Of a DNA stretch of 19,583 bases, positions 1-9,497 are shown piece after piece. The number at the start of each line of letters is the position of its first letter. Within the stretch, counting starts at the first letter, position 1. Position numbers and translations under genes: made by a program. This DNA comes from Octopus sinensis (taxonomy: Eukaryota): NCBI RefSeq assembly GCF_006345805.1, contig NW_021824227.1, positions 1-19,583 on the forward strand, in the 5' to 3' direction. Under the pieces are notes generated by a model, which was not told the DNA's origin, made no database searches, and saw nothing but the letters and a program-made list of their open reading frames with translations.

Positions 1-40
1 TGCATTCCTTCTATTGTTTCATATTCCAGATGCAATGCAC

Positions 41-175
41 TCACACACACACACACACAGTCACACAGGCACACACACACAGTCACACAGACACACACAC
101 ACACACACACGTAATCACATACACTCACATACGCATACATGCACACTCACACAGATATACGCAAGCACACACACA
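41..175. repeat. (CA)n microsatellite, degenerate
   Basis: Directly visible CA/CACA(G/T) runs; explains the His/Thr-rich ORFs 14..220 and 30..320. Confidence 0.95.
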
Positions 176-180
176 AACGT

Positions 181-436
181 ACGTATGTCTGTCTGTCTGT
201 CTGTATGGACGTGTGTATGAATGTATGTATGTATGTATGTATGTATGTATGTATGTGTATATATGTATGTATGCATGTGTATATATGTATGTATGTATGA
301 ATGTAATTATGTATGTATGAATGTAATTACGTATGTATGTATGTGTGTATGTTGTATGTATGTATGTATGTATGTATGTATGTATGTATGTATGTATGCA
401 TGTATGTGTGTGTATGTATGTATGTATGTATGTATG
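181..436. repeat. (TATG)n tetranucleotide microsatellite
   Basis: Long TATG array with scattered variants; explains the MYVC-repeat ORFs. Confidence 0.95.
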
Positions 437-2123
437 TTGCATTTCATGCAATAAGTTCAAACCAGCATAAAACTTATCGTACGTATAATTATACATACCA
501 CATAATATAATCACCATCGTTTGCTGTATCATTTTCTTACATCGAAACCAGTTTTCAGATTCCCCAGGAATAAGAAAAAAAAAAAATGATGTTCTTTAGA
601 ACAGAAAAACGTTTGGAGTCCCGTTTCGACATCGTCCATTCTTCTGATTTCTGTTTCTTTTTCTTTACTACTGCTAATGTGTTCGAGTGACCTGAATAAG
701 TGAAAATCTGATGGTAGTAGGTGTGGTGAATAAGTGGGGTGAGGTAGAGCTCAGACCCCCGCCTAGCTTAATGAATTTATCTTTCCCTGGGTTATCTTCG
801 CTGCATGTGGCCTTGCATTATCATGTTGCAAGATGACTCGCCGTCTTTTGACAAGAGGTGGTTGTTTGTTTTTGAGCGTAACTTCATCGACACGTTCACG
901 TTTGTTAACGATAAAGTTCTACTCTGATGCTTTTCCTTGTTTCAATATTTCGAAATTAGGAATATCTATTTTACTTCACCAAAACACACAGCACAACTTT
1001 CTTTGTGTGAAGATCTGGTTTAGCTGTGTTGCAACTTGGATTCTTATTAGGTGATAACGGCAGTTTTTATACGTTCATTGTTGGCATAAACTATTCATAT
1101 TTCATTGCTTGTTAACAATTCGATTTAGAAATGGTGTTTCTTCATTCGTGGTTAACAAATTATAGGCGCAGGAGTGGCTGTGTGGTAAGTAGCTTGCTTA
1201 CCAACTACATGGTTCCGGGTTCATTTCCACTGCGTGGCACTTTGAGCAAGTGTCTTCTACTATAGCCTCTGGCCGACCAAAGCCTTGTGAGAGGATTTGG
1301 TACACGGAAACTAAAAGAAGCCCGTCGTATATATGTATATATATACGACATATATATATGTATGTATGTATGTGTATATGTTTGTGCGTTTGTGTTTGTC
1401 CCCCGAACATCGCTTGACAACCGATGGTGGCGTGTTTACGATAGACCGATAGAATAAGTACTAGGTTTACAAAGAATAAGTCCTGGGGTCGATTTGCTCG
1501 TCTCACGGCGGTGCTCCAGCATGGCCGCAGTCAAATGACTGAAACAAGTAAAAGAGTAAATTGTTGCAGAATGTTGAGTGTACTGCTTTATTCTCGGGGG
1601 GACCCACTTATTTTTTTCTGTACACTTCTCGCAGTCTGTTTGAGATGTACAGTAGACTAAGGTTTACCAAACGTCTGGAATAAATCCCCAGTGTTCGACG
1701 CAGAGCCTCTTCAATTACTGTTTTCACAGCATCATTGTTGAGAACAGTTGGTCTTCTTCATTGATATACAAATCCAAAAACTCGAAAGCGCCGCTTTTGA
1801 AATTGTTAATACACTTTGATACATCCGAATATCAACACCACCAGGATATGCAGTACACGTGTTTTTCATTTCAGGTGTCACTTGTTGCCCTTATGAAATT
1901 TTGTAAAGCATGCAAACCCGAATAGGCAGCCCTCTAAAGTCCTTGTCTTCCATGATCACAGCTTACACACAGCTTACACACACAAAGCGCGTGCTAACAT
2001 TTGTCATTAACTCTATGCTGATTGGTTGATTGCAAGGAGAACTTGCAGTGGCTTGTAACCTATATATGGTATAATGTCGAATTCTTTTGACTGAAAATAC
2101 ATACCTTTTCAGTTCCCCTAATA
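437..2123 (-). mobile_element. Decayed mariner-family DNA transposon (transposase remnant ~504-1953), interrupted by a SINE
   Basis: Manual minus-strand translation across frameshifts and stops gives mariner motifs in the correct order: ATG at 1953 (MEDKDFRGLPIRVCMLY), FKSGAF, RPTVLNNDAVKTVIEE, WVPRE* (1592-1606; WVPHEL motif), PFLNRIV/TSNEI*IVY (first catalytic D appears as N), AKPDLHTKKVVLCV, VILQHDNARPH (805-825), PHPTYSPHLLPSDFHLFRSLEH (YSPDL motif) and C-terminal GI*KLV...NDGDYI. The second-to-third D spacing is 37 codons, probably DD34D plus a small insertion. The right end reads TATTAGGGGAACTGAAAAGGTATGT on the minus strand (mariner-like TIR ending at TA 2122-2123). The left TIR is not recognisable, so the left boundary is estimated. 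Confidence 0.9.
1162..1557 (+). mobile_element. tRNA-derived SINE, type A (octopus OK/OR-like; exact family not assigned), inserted in the mariner
   Basis: Head GGCGCAGGAGTGGCTGTGTGGTAAG, B-box-like GGTTCATTTCC, central TA/TG tract, tail GGCGGTGCTCCAGCATGGCCGCAGTCAAATGACTGAAACAAGTAAAAGAG. Homologous to copies at 3899-4285, 11583-12097 and 17001-17075. Flanked by an AAATT duplication (1157-1161 and 1558-1562). Confidence 0.92.
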
Positions 2124-2594
2124 TACATATTCAATGTAAACTTCTTTTAAGAAGGCAGTTATATGATTTGAGGAAAATATGGGCTGCTATTTCTAACAAG
2201 TCTTGCAACAAAAAAAAAAGGATCTTCGTTGTTCATGTCGTTGTCCATTGTTGTTTTGTGGTGGTGGCGGTGGTGTTTAACCCAAGCTTAAAAAAACCTT
2301 ATCGTGTATATCTATGAGCAAAAGTGTTCCGGCCATGACTATCTCATGTATTTTGGATAATATCAGGTACTAAATTGTCCAATGACTCCTTTTATTTAAG
2401 GTCAGAGTCTGAGATTTAAAGGACATATCTTGTTGCTATTCCTAATAGGTTGTGACTCAATGCAAAATCACATTCTATCGCTCTTTTTTAAACTCAGGTT
2501 AACCTTTTCTTTAAAAGATGGAATGATCAAAACCATTCAGTAAAGAGCCATTTCGGAACAGATACAAACGTTAAGGAGTTGGAGAGGACGCTTC

Positions 2595-2680
2595 TCGCGG
2601 TATTCATTCCAACACTCTATGCTTTGAGTTCAAGTCCGACCGGGGTTAACGTTGGCCTTCGTCCATTTCAGCCGTGATAT
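2595..2680 (+). mobile_element. Highly degenerate type B SINE fragment
   Basis: GCGGTATT...GAGTTCAAGTCCGACCGGGGTTAACGTTGGCCTTCGTCCATTTC aligns loosely to the type B core GAGTTCAAATTCCGCCGAGGTCGACTTTGCCTTTCATCCTTTC seen at 6621-6858. Confidence 0.45.
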
Positions 2681-3072
2681 CTATTCTTTTGGGACCATAT
2701 TATCTAATGTATCGTTTACGTCGTTGTGGAGTTTCAGGGAAATTTTACCGCTACCCTACTTCTAGTAGAGCAAGCGACAAAACGCACAGCTTCCGGTTGT
2801 AGATATCGTCATTGTTCATATTGCGGCTGATCTTGAAATACTTTTTATCTAGATTATTGTTGCATGTTTGAAGATAGAAACAGCGATCAGCATTTCTTTC
2901 ACATTCTGATGCGGTGTTTTGTTATGGAAACTTCCTGCCACAACTGCACGCACACATACACACAAACGCAAACTTTCATATGTGTGTGTGTGTGTGTATG
3001 TGTGCGTGCACACGTGAGTGTGTGTCTATGTGTGAGTGTGTCTATGTGTGTATGCATATATATACATATATG

Positions 3073-3338
3073 AAAAATAAAAAAATAAATGCGTCCTTTT
3101 AAAGCCTAGGCAGGCTCATGGGCCCGGTTCCCCGGTTTCAATGGCGTATGTGCTCCCCAGCTGGACGGGACGCCAGTCCATCGCAGCGTTACTCATTTTT
3201 TGCAAACCGATTAGACTGGAGCAAAGTGAAATGAAGTGGTTTCCTCAAGAACACAACGCGCCGCCCGGTCCAGAAATCGAAACCACAATCTTACGATCAT
3301 GATGCTGACACCCTAACCACTAAGCCACGCGTCTCCAC
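3073..3338 (-). mobile_element. tRNA-derived SINE, type C (V-SINE-like core)
   Basis: Minus strand: GCGTGGCTTAGTGGTTAGGG (A box), GTTTCGATTTC (B box), TTCACTTTGCTCCAGTC...AATGAGTAA core, CTGCGATGGACTGGCGTCCCGTCCAG, then a TTTA-type tail. Head and core are shared with 17433-17778. Confidence 0.85.
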
Positions 3339-3898
3339 GTTTATACATAAGTAGATGCAGACATATACATATATATGAATGTATATATATGTGTGTATAT
3401 ATATATATATATGTGTGTGTGTCTGTGTCTGAGTCTGTTTACATATATAATATGTATGTGTGTGTGTGAGTGTGCGTATATAGGGTGAGTTCAGTCAAGT
3501 GTTAAAAATGAACTAAATATGTAGTTGTTTAACCATAGTTTCACTCGGATTCCTAAAACAACCTGAAAACAATAATTACAACGAGTCAAACAACAACAAA
3601 ATTGCCTGCTTTTGTGTGTCTGTGTGTAAATACTACACGATCCCCATGAAAGAGGAGTTAAACGTCATTCAAATTACACTAGAGTTTTAAATCAAAGGAA
3701 TAGCCAAATTGTAAATAATAGCTGTATGCTCAATAAAATCTCAGGACGGGAAGCAACTTTGTTCATTGTTCATTTTCATGAGAACTGTCCTGGGGCTGAA
3801 CAACCATATGTCTTATAAGTGGAGCAGGTATGGAATATGATGCGGATTGGAAACCCTTTGAAGTTCCAGTCACTTCTGCGTTTCCTCCTATATATGTG

Positions 3899-4099
3899 TG
3901 TTTCAGTCATTTGACTGCGGCCATGCTGGAGCACCGCCTTTAATCGAGCAACTCGACCCCGGGACTTATTCTTTTGTAAGCCAAGTACTTATTCTACCGG
4001 TCTCTTTTGCCGAACCGCTAAGTAACGAGGACATAAATACACCAGCATCGGTTGTCAAGCAATGCTAGGGGACAAACACAGACACACAAACACATACAT

Positions 4100-4141
<42 letters not shown>

Positions 4142-4285
4142 GACAGGCTTCTTTCAGTTTCCGTCTACCAAATCCACTCACAAGGCTTTGGTCGGCCCGA
4201 GGCTATAGTAGAAGACACTTGCCCAAGGTGCCACGCAGTGGGACTGAACCCGGAACCATGAGGTCGGTAAACAAGCTACTTACCA
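3899..4285 (-). mobile_element. Type A SINE, extreme 5' end lost into a TA tract
   Basis: Reverse-complement homolog of 1162-1557 and 11583-12097 (TTTCAGTCATTTGACTGCGGCCATGCTGGAGCACCGCC...GGACTGAACCCGGAACCATG...GCTACTTACCA). Confidence 0.92.
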
Positions 4286-4339
4286 TATATATATACATAT
4301 ATATATATATAATATATATATATGTATGTATATATATAT

Positions 4340-4393
<54 letters not shown>

Positions 4394-4472
4394 CATATAT
4401 ATACATAAGTGAAACGGGTGCACACGCACACACACACACACGCACACACACACACACACACACATACACACA
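4286..4472. repeat. (TA)n followed by (CA)n microsatellite
   Basis: Directly visible. Confidence 0.95.
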
Positions 4473-4474
4473 TA

Positions 4475-4633
4475 CAGGGTACAGCATTCCCAAAGTTAAA
4501 CAAGGAGACCGTCCAGAAGAGAGTTGCAGGAGATTCCGAAGTCGACTGGATGCTGTGGTCGAAGCCAATGGCGATTTTATTGAATAAATAGACTTTTGTG
4601 TAATTTAGACGACAGTTTATTTATCGCACCCTG
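4475..4633 (+). mobile_element. Miniature internally deleted Tc1/mariner element (maT/DD37D-like C-terminus)
   Basis: TA|CAGGGT at the left and ACCCTG|TA at the right (inverted ends with TA target duplication). The interior encodes, with one frameshift, AFPKLNKETVQK/SCRRFRSRLDAVVEANGDFIE*, which resembles the C-terminus of maT/rosa-type transposases. Confidence 0.75.
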
Positions 4634-5587
4634 TATATGCGTGTGTGTGTGTGTGTGTGTTTGTATATATATATATATGCTTTTGTTTCATTAGATATAT
4701 AACATGAACATAAGCAATTTTCTATGTTGTTCCTTTCATAAATTAGGCTAACGCTATCCGTGAAGGTGCACGACGATTCAATACGGTCCTCGGGTAGTCG
4801 GCGTTACGAATTTAATATAATTTACATGTATCAAATGTAATTAAGTATAAAGTCATAATTAATGTGAAATGTACAAACAACAAACACGCGCCACAAACGT
4901 ACTACGCGAAAAATATATGTAAATTTATCACAGTTTACCTTTTGGAATAATTTGAATTTTCAGCGGCACTGCATCTCATCAGACGTTGTTATAATCATGA
5001 ACTTTACACCATTTTTCAAACGGTGCTTACGAGAGTTTAGTGTATAAATTGACTGGAAAAGGATGAAAGAATGTAGCAGCCATTGGTTTTATCTCTGAGG
5101 TATAATAATGCGTTAGCTATGAAGTGGATTTACTTGTTTACTGTGGAATATATTAATGTGGTCCGCTTAAATATATGTCAGAGTTATATAATATATAATA
5201 CTCGTTCACTGCGACCTATTCAATGTGCTAAAAAATAATAGCTGAATTTTCATCTTCGCTTTTTTTCTAAGTTGATCAAATCTAAATGTTTTATATATAT
5301 ATATGAAAAAAACAGTAAGAATAATTTCACTGATAGTTCTAATCAATTAAATTTTTTAATAAAATAATTTTACAGTTTGTATTTCACACATTTGCCAAGA
5401 TATATATCTTATACAGCGTGGTTGGCTTGTTTTTCAACAATTTAAAAAATTTTAATGAAAAATATTCTAGGAATTTTCCCTTTCAGAAAATACCGTAAAT
5501 TTTATTGTTGTTAGCAAAAACGTTACGTTACACTTGATCAATTGTTGACGTATAAAATAGTCAACTGGCATTATTCTACGTTTCAAA

Positions 5588-5734
5588 TTCTGAGTTCAAA
5601 TTCCGCCGAGGTCGACTTTGCCATTCATCCTTTCGGAAGTTACACACTGGGGTCGATGTAATCGACTTAATCCCTTTGTTTGCCCTTGTTTGGCCCCGTT
5701 ACGTTTAGCCCCTGTGGGCAATAAAGAAATAAAA
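5588..5734 (+). mobile_element. 5'-truncated type B SINE with 16-bp target-site duplication
   Basis: TTCTGAGTTCAAATTCCGCCGAGGTCGACTTTGCC...CCCCTGTGGGCAATAAAGAAATAAAA. A perfect TATTCTACGTTTCAAA repeat lies at 5572-5587 and 5735-5750. The internal segment GGTCGATAAATTAAGTACC is missing. Confidence 0.92.
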
Positions 5735-5804
5735 TATTCTACGTTTCAAAGGGAAGAGGGAAATTTTCTTACAACTTCTTGATGGTATTGTGTGTAACTG
5801 ACAA

Positions 5805-7262
5805 AATAGCAGAGGTAGTCATTTAAAGAACGGAAGACGATTTTAAAGTCGTATTTCAAATTTAAGAATGTTGTGAACATTCAATGACAGAACTTCCAAC
5901 ACACCTGGCAATTTCACGGATTCGTGATGAGGTCGAAACACATTGTATAGTGTGTGATGTGCAGATGGAAAATCAGACAGACTTCGTACAGTAACAAGTG
6001 CTGCTTAATCAGCGGTGGTGTTGGAGCGTTTCACACTCGTACCACAGATATCGCCTGCGCAATGTGTATGTGACACAAGAACCATCAGTTCTAGCAGACA
6101 GTGCATTGTTAAAACAGATAAGTGGAACGTTTACACTCTAAGATTATTGTATGCAATTAACGATCACGATCCTGATCGAAGAATCGATTTTTGTGAGTGG
6201 TTTCAACACGTGCTAAGCGAGGATGAAGTGTCTTTGAAAACCCACCTTTTAAACAAACAGTCACTTTATAGGGTTCTACGTCTGGTGTAAAACAGTGGCT
6301 CCTAATGTGGGCGGTACTGTCTCTGTGGGAGCGGTGGAAAGAACCAGGGGACGCTGAAGAATAGTGGGGCGATAATGAGATGGCCAAAAGTGGCGTTAGA
6401 AGTAAAAACAAAATAATGGTTTTATTAGATTATTTTATTCGCGAAATGCTTTTGTTTTGATTTTGATGTAGAAAGTGGTCTATGTTTGAGGTGGTAAGTG
6501 GTGTGGTGTGGGGCGCTAGGAATTGACCTGAGTGACAAGTGGTTGACAACCCGAAGAAATCTGGGAAACGCTGGTGTATATCATCAAGAGTTTGACTGGA
6601 ATATTTTTCTTTGGAGGTATGAGGGCAGCGAACTAGCACAATCGTTAGCAGGCCGGGCGAACTGCCTAGCGGTATTTCGTCTGCCGTTACGTTGTGAGTT
6701 CAAATTCCGCCGAGGTCGACTTTGACTTTCATCATTTCGGGGTCGATAAATTAAGTACCAGTTACACACTGGGTCGATGTAATCGACTTAATACCTATGT
6801 CTGTCCTTGTTTGTCCCCTCTGTGTTTAGCCCCTTGTGGGTAATAAAGAAATAGGTATTGTTACTGATCAAATGGATCAGTGACAAGCTATTCTCATCGA
6901 TTTTACCCGCAGTAGATGCATTTTTACGAATTTTTCTTCCAACAAGACAACCCATTTCCATACTACGTGTGAGCTTATCTGGAGGACAATTCACAGCCAC
7001 ACTGGATAAGGAAGAAGCGGTACTGTTGAATTCCCTGCACGTTTTCCTGATTTCACACCTGCAAACTTTTTTTTTATAGGATACCCTCAAGGTACGTTAT
7101 GCATTGCTGAAAACTCGTCTATACTGATGGTCATTCGGGACAAAATTAAAACGGCATGTGCCGTAATCTCCCTGGACACTTTGATGAATGCTGCTTCCGC
7201 AGCAGTTTGGCGCACTAATAAGCATTATTGGCCACCACTTTCAGCATCTTTTGCGATTGTAG
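5805..7262 (+). mobile_element. Decayed Tc1/mariner-superfamily transposase with DUF4817-like N-terminal HTH, split by insertions
   Basis: Pieces in order across frameshifts: SFKERKTILKSYFKFKNVVNIQ; AISRIRDEVETHCIVCDV; GKSDRLRTVTS; KWNVYTLRLLYAINDHDPDRRIDFCEWFQHVLSEDE (to 6228); DNP...WC/SSR/LTGIFFFGG (6550-6620); FFFQQD; GTVEFPARFPDFTPANFF (EFPxRSPDLTPLDFF motif); IRDKIKTACAVISLDTL; GHHFQHLLRL*. TIRs were not identified with confidence. Confidence 0.85.
6621..6858 (+). mobile_element. Full-length type B SINE monomer inside the DUF4817 transposase
   Basis: GAGGGCAGCGAACTAGCACAATCGTTAGCAGG head, GAGTTCAAATTCC B box, TTTCATCATTTCGGGGTCGATAAATTAAGTACCAG core, tail TTTAGCCCCTTGTGGGTAATAAAGAAATAGGTATT. 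AGGTAT occurs at both junctions. Confidence 0.92.
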
Positions 7263-7455
7263 AGATTAAAAGTAACGTGTTTTAATCGTATGTCTGAATA
7301 AAATTTAGTTTTAAAATATTTCTACACGTTTTTCTTTCGTTAGAGTGCAAGTATATTATTTTGGCATATCAGTATATATATATATGCATAGGTATACATA
7401 TGCGTGTGTCTTTATCTGTGTGTATGTGTGTGTGTAACAGCAAAACATCAACATC

Positions 7456-7500
<45 letters not shown>

Positions 7501-7689
7501 CCTTTCTACTATAGGCACAAGGTCTGAAATTTTGGGGAGGTAACTAGTCGATCTACTTAATTTAACCACTCCGAAACTATGAAAGGCAAAATCGACTTCG
7601 GTGGAATTAGAACTCTGAGCCTAGCGACAGACGAAATACCACAAAGTATTTCGCTCTGCGTAATAACGATTCTTCCAGCTCGCCGCCTT
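7456..7689 (-). mobile_element. Type B SINE with (ATT)n tail
   Basis: (AAT)n at 7456-7500, then CCTTTCTACTATAGGCACAAGG...GAAAGGCAAAATCGACTTCGG...CCAGCTCGCCGCCTT (reverse complement of the head). Confidence 0.88.
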
Positions 7690-7692
7690 ATC

Positions 7693-7925
7693 AATAGTAA
7701 TAATAATAATAATGCTTTCAAATTTTTCCACAACATCAGCAAATTTGGGGGAGAAGTAAGTCGATTACATCGACCCCGGTATTTCACTGGTACTTAGTTT
7801 ATGGACCCCGAAGGATGGAAGGTAAAGAGGACCTCGGCAGAATTTGAACTCAGAAAGCAGCGGCAGGCGAAATACCGCTAAGCATTCCGTCCTGCGTGCT
7901 AACATGTCTTCCAGCTCGCCGCCTT
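7693..7925 (-). mobile_element. Type B SINE, head-to-tail with the preceding copy
   Basis: AAT tract, GTCGATTACATCGACCCC, AATTTGAACTCAG, CCAGCTCGCCGCCTT. Confidence 0.88.
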
Positions 7926-7932
7926 AATAGCG

Positions 7933-7933
<1 letters not shown>

Positions 7934-7970
<37 letters not shown>
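7934..7970. repeat. (AAT)n microsatellite
   Basis: Directly visible; abuts the head of the SINE at 7693-7925. Confidence 0.95.
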
Positions 7971-7974
<4 letters not shown>

Positions 7975-8108
7975 TTCACTGCGGTTGAGTCGAGAATTTC
8001 GGAGTTTGGATGAAAAGTTCTTACCAATCAACCACGGACTGTGTACGTATGTATATATGTATATATGTGTGTATGTGTGTGTAAAATTTATACATATAAT
8101 ATATATAT

Positions 8109-8141
<33 letters not shown>

Positions 8142-8142
<1 letters not shown>

Positions 8143-8263
8143 ACCATCACGTGATGGTGATATCATCACGTGACCGATCAGGCCATCAGATGTTGCTACA
8201 CATCGCTGTCACAATGCGTTCGCATTGTTTTAAGCCTTCGAATGACGCCACCTCGCTGGCTAA
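8142..8263. repeat. Probable interspersed repeat fragment with a palindromic terminus
   Basis: GC-richer island between TA tracts. Perfect 18-bp palindrome CACCATCACGTGATGGTG (8142-8159) and internal hairpin CAATGCG-TT-CGCATTG. Resembles, from recall only, a common octopus repeat; family unverified. Confidence 0.45.
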
Positions 8264-8306
8264 TATATATATATATACATACATATATTTGTATATATAT
8301 TATATC

Positions 8307-8337
<31 letters not shown>

Positions 8338-8957
8338 TATATATACACATATATATTCGTATATATATTATACATATACACATTCATACACTCGCGCGCA
8401 CACACACACAGACACACGCATGTATGTATAATGTAAAAACTAGCTAAATATATAGATATAACCGAACATATATATATATATAATCGTACACACAAACACA
8501 CATATACAAAACTAACATATATTGAGATTTATAGCGAGTCTATTTTATTTTACATGCGAACTTTGCATGTTCGCCATCATCCTTCTGCAATAACTGTCTC
8601 ACCAATAACCAGCTATGGTGGCGCTACCAGCGATTTTTACGTTCATGTTACGACCAGGTTTGCAACCTTTTACGACCATATAATGTTTTGTGGCCTTTAA
8701 ATCCAAGATGCTTCAATTTTATCCAACGATTAACAGATTGGATATCTTTATAAGGTTATGTAGCAATGTTTTTTTTTGTTTTATTTTGTTAATACTTTAT
8801 TATTATTATTTTTTTTCGCTCTTTTATATTATTGCTGTTTTTCTAGAAGATTTTAGTTATGATGCTTTTGTTGTTGTTGTTGTTGTTTTCCTTTGGTTCT
8901 GATTATTTTTTGCTATTTTCATGTGAGTGGGCACTTATGAAGTTATCGACCACTTTA

Positions 8958-8960
<3 letters not shown>

Positions 8961-8988
<28 letters not shown>

Positions 8989-9111
8989 CGCTGTTACTCC
9001 TCTTCCTCCTCGTTGTCGTCGTCGTCGTCCTCCTCCTCTTCGCCATCGCCGTCGGCCTCCTCTTCTACTACTTCTACTACTACTACTACTATCACCACCA
9101 CCACCACCACC

Positions 9112-9147
<36 letters not shown>

Positions 9148-9177
9148 GCTGCTGCTGCTTCTCACTACTACTACTAC
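8961..9177. repeat. Compound trinucleotide microsatellite (GCT/CCT/CGT/CTA/CCA/CTG)
   Basis: Directly visible; explains the poly-Ala/Leu/Pro/Ser/Thr ORFs here. Confidence 0.95.
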
Positions 9178-9312
9178 TGTCAAGGTGCTTGCCGGGTGAA
9201 ACTTCTTTAATTCAAAGATCGATCCTTGTCACGTGATTATATTTCGCCGATTCTGTTCCAGCATCACCTTTAAGTTACGGTGCAATTACCCGCGGGATAC
9301 TTGGCCGCTTAA

Positions 9313-9483
9313 TGCGCTGAACTTTTGGGAGACGGGACTAGTCGATTACTTAATTTATTGATTTCTAAAGAATGAAAGATAAAGTCAGCTTCTATGGAAT
9401 TTGAACTCAGAGCGTAAAGGCGGACGAAATGCCGCTAAGCATTTTGTCCGGCGTGGTAACGATTCTGCCAGCTCACTGCCTTC
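9313..9483 (-). mobile_element. Degenerate type B SINE
   Basis: CTAGTCGATTACTTAATTTATTG...GGAATTTGAACTCAGAGCG...GCTAAGCATTTTGTCCGGCGTGGTAACGATTCTGCCAGCTCACTGCCTTC. Confidence 0.85.
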
Positions 9484-9497
9484 AATAATAAGAATAA

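Noticed and set aside
14-532. ORFs rich in HT/MYVC repeats (and all similar ORFs at 4203-4591, 8151-8501, 8859-9236, 15339-16853 and 18091-19445)
   Set aside because: They are translations of di-, tri- and tetranucleotide microsatellites, with no coding evidence.
541-691. Apparent minus-strand exon with acceptor TTCAG and donor GTAAGA and a 50-codon open frame
   Set aside because: The frame is the mariner transposase (continuous with YSPHL...DFHLFRSLEH); the splice-like signals are coincidental.
3481-3895. TATAGGGTGAG as a possible Tc1-like TIR start with an internal 60-codon frame
   Set aside because: No matching inverted end and no transposase motifs were found.
4930-5100. Possible minus-strand first exon ending AAG|GTAAAC next to a CpG-containing patch
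   Set aside because: Only a 13-codon frame (MRCSAAENSNYSK) with no recognisable product or promoter evidence.
5380-5430. Possible left TIR of the DUF4817-type element (TACAGCGTG, or TGCCAAGATATATATCTTATAC versus the end near 7345-7374)
   Set aside because: Only about 14/22 identity in AT-rich DNA, and no matching right end for CAGCGTG; not supportable.
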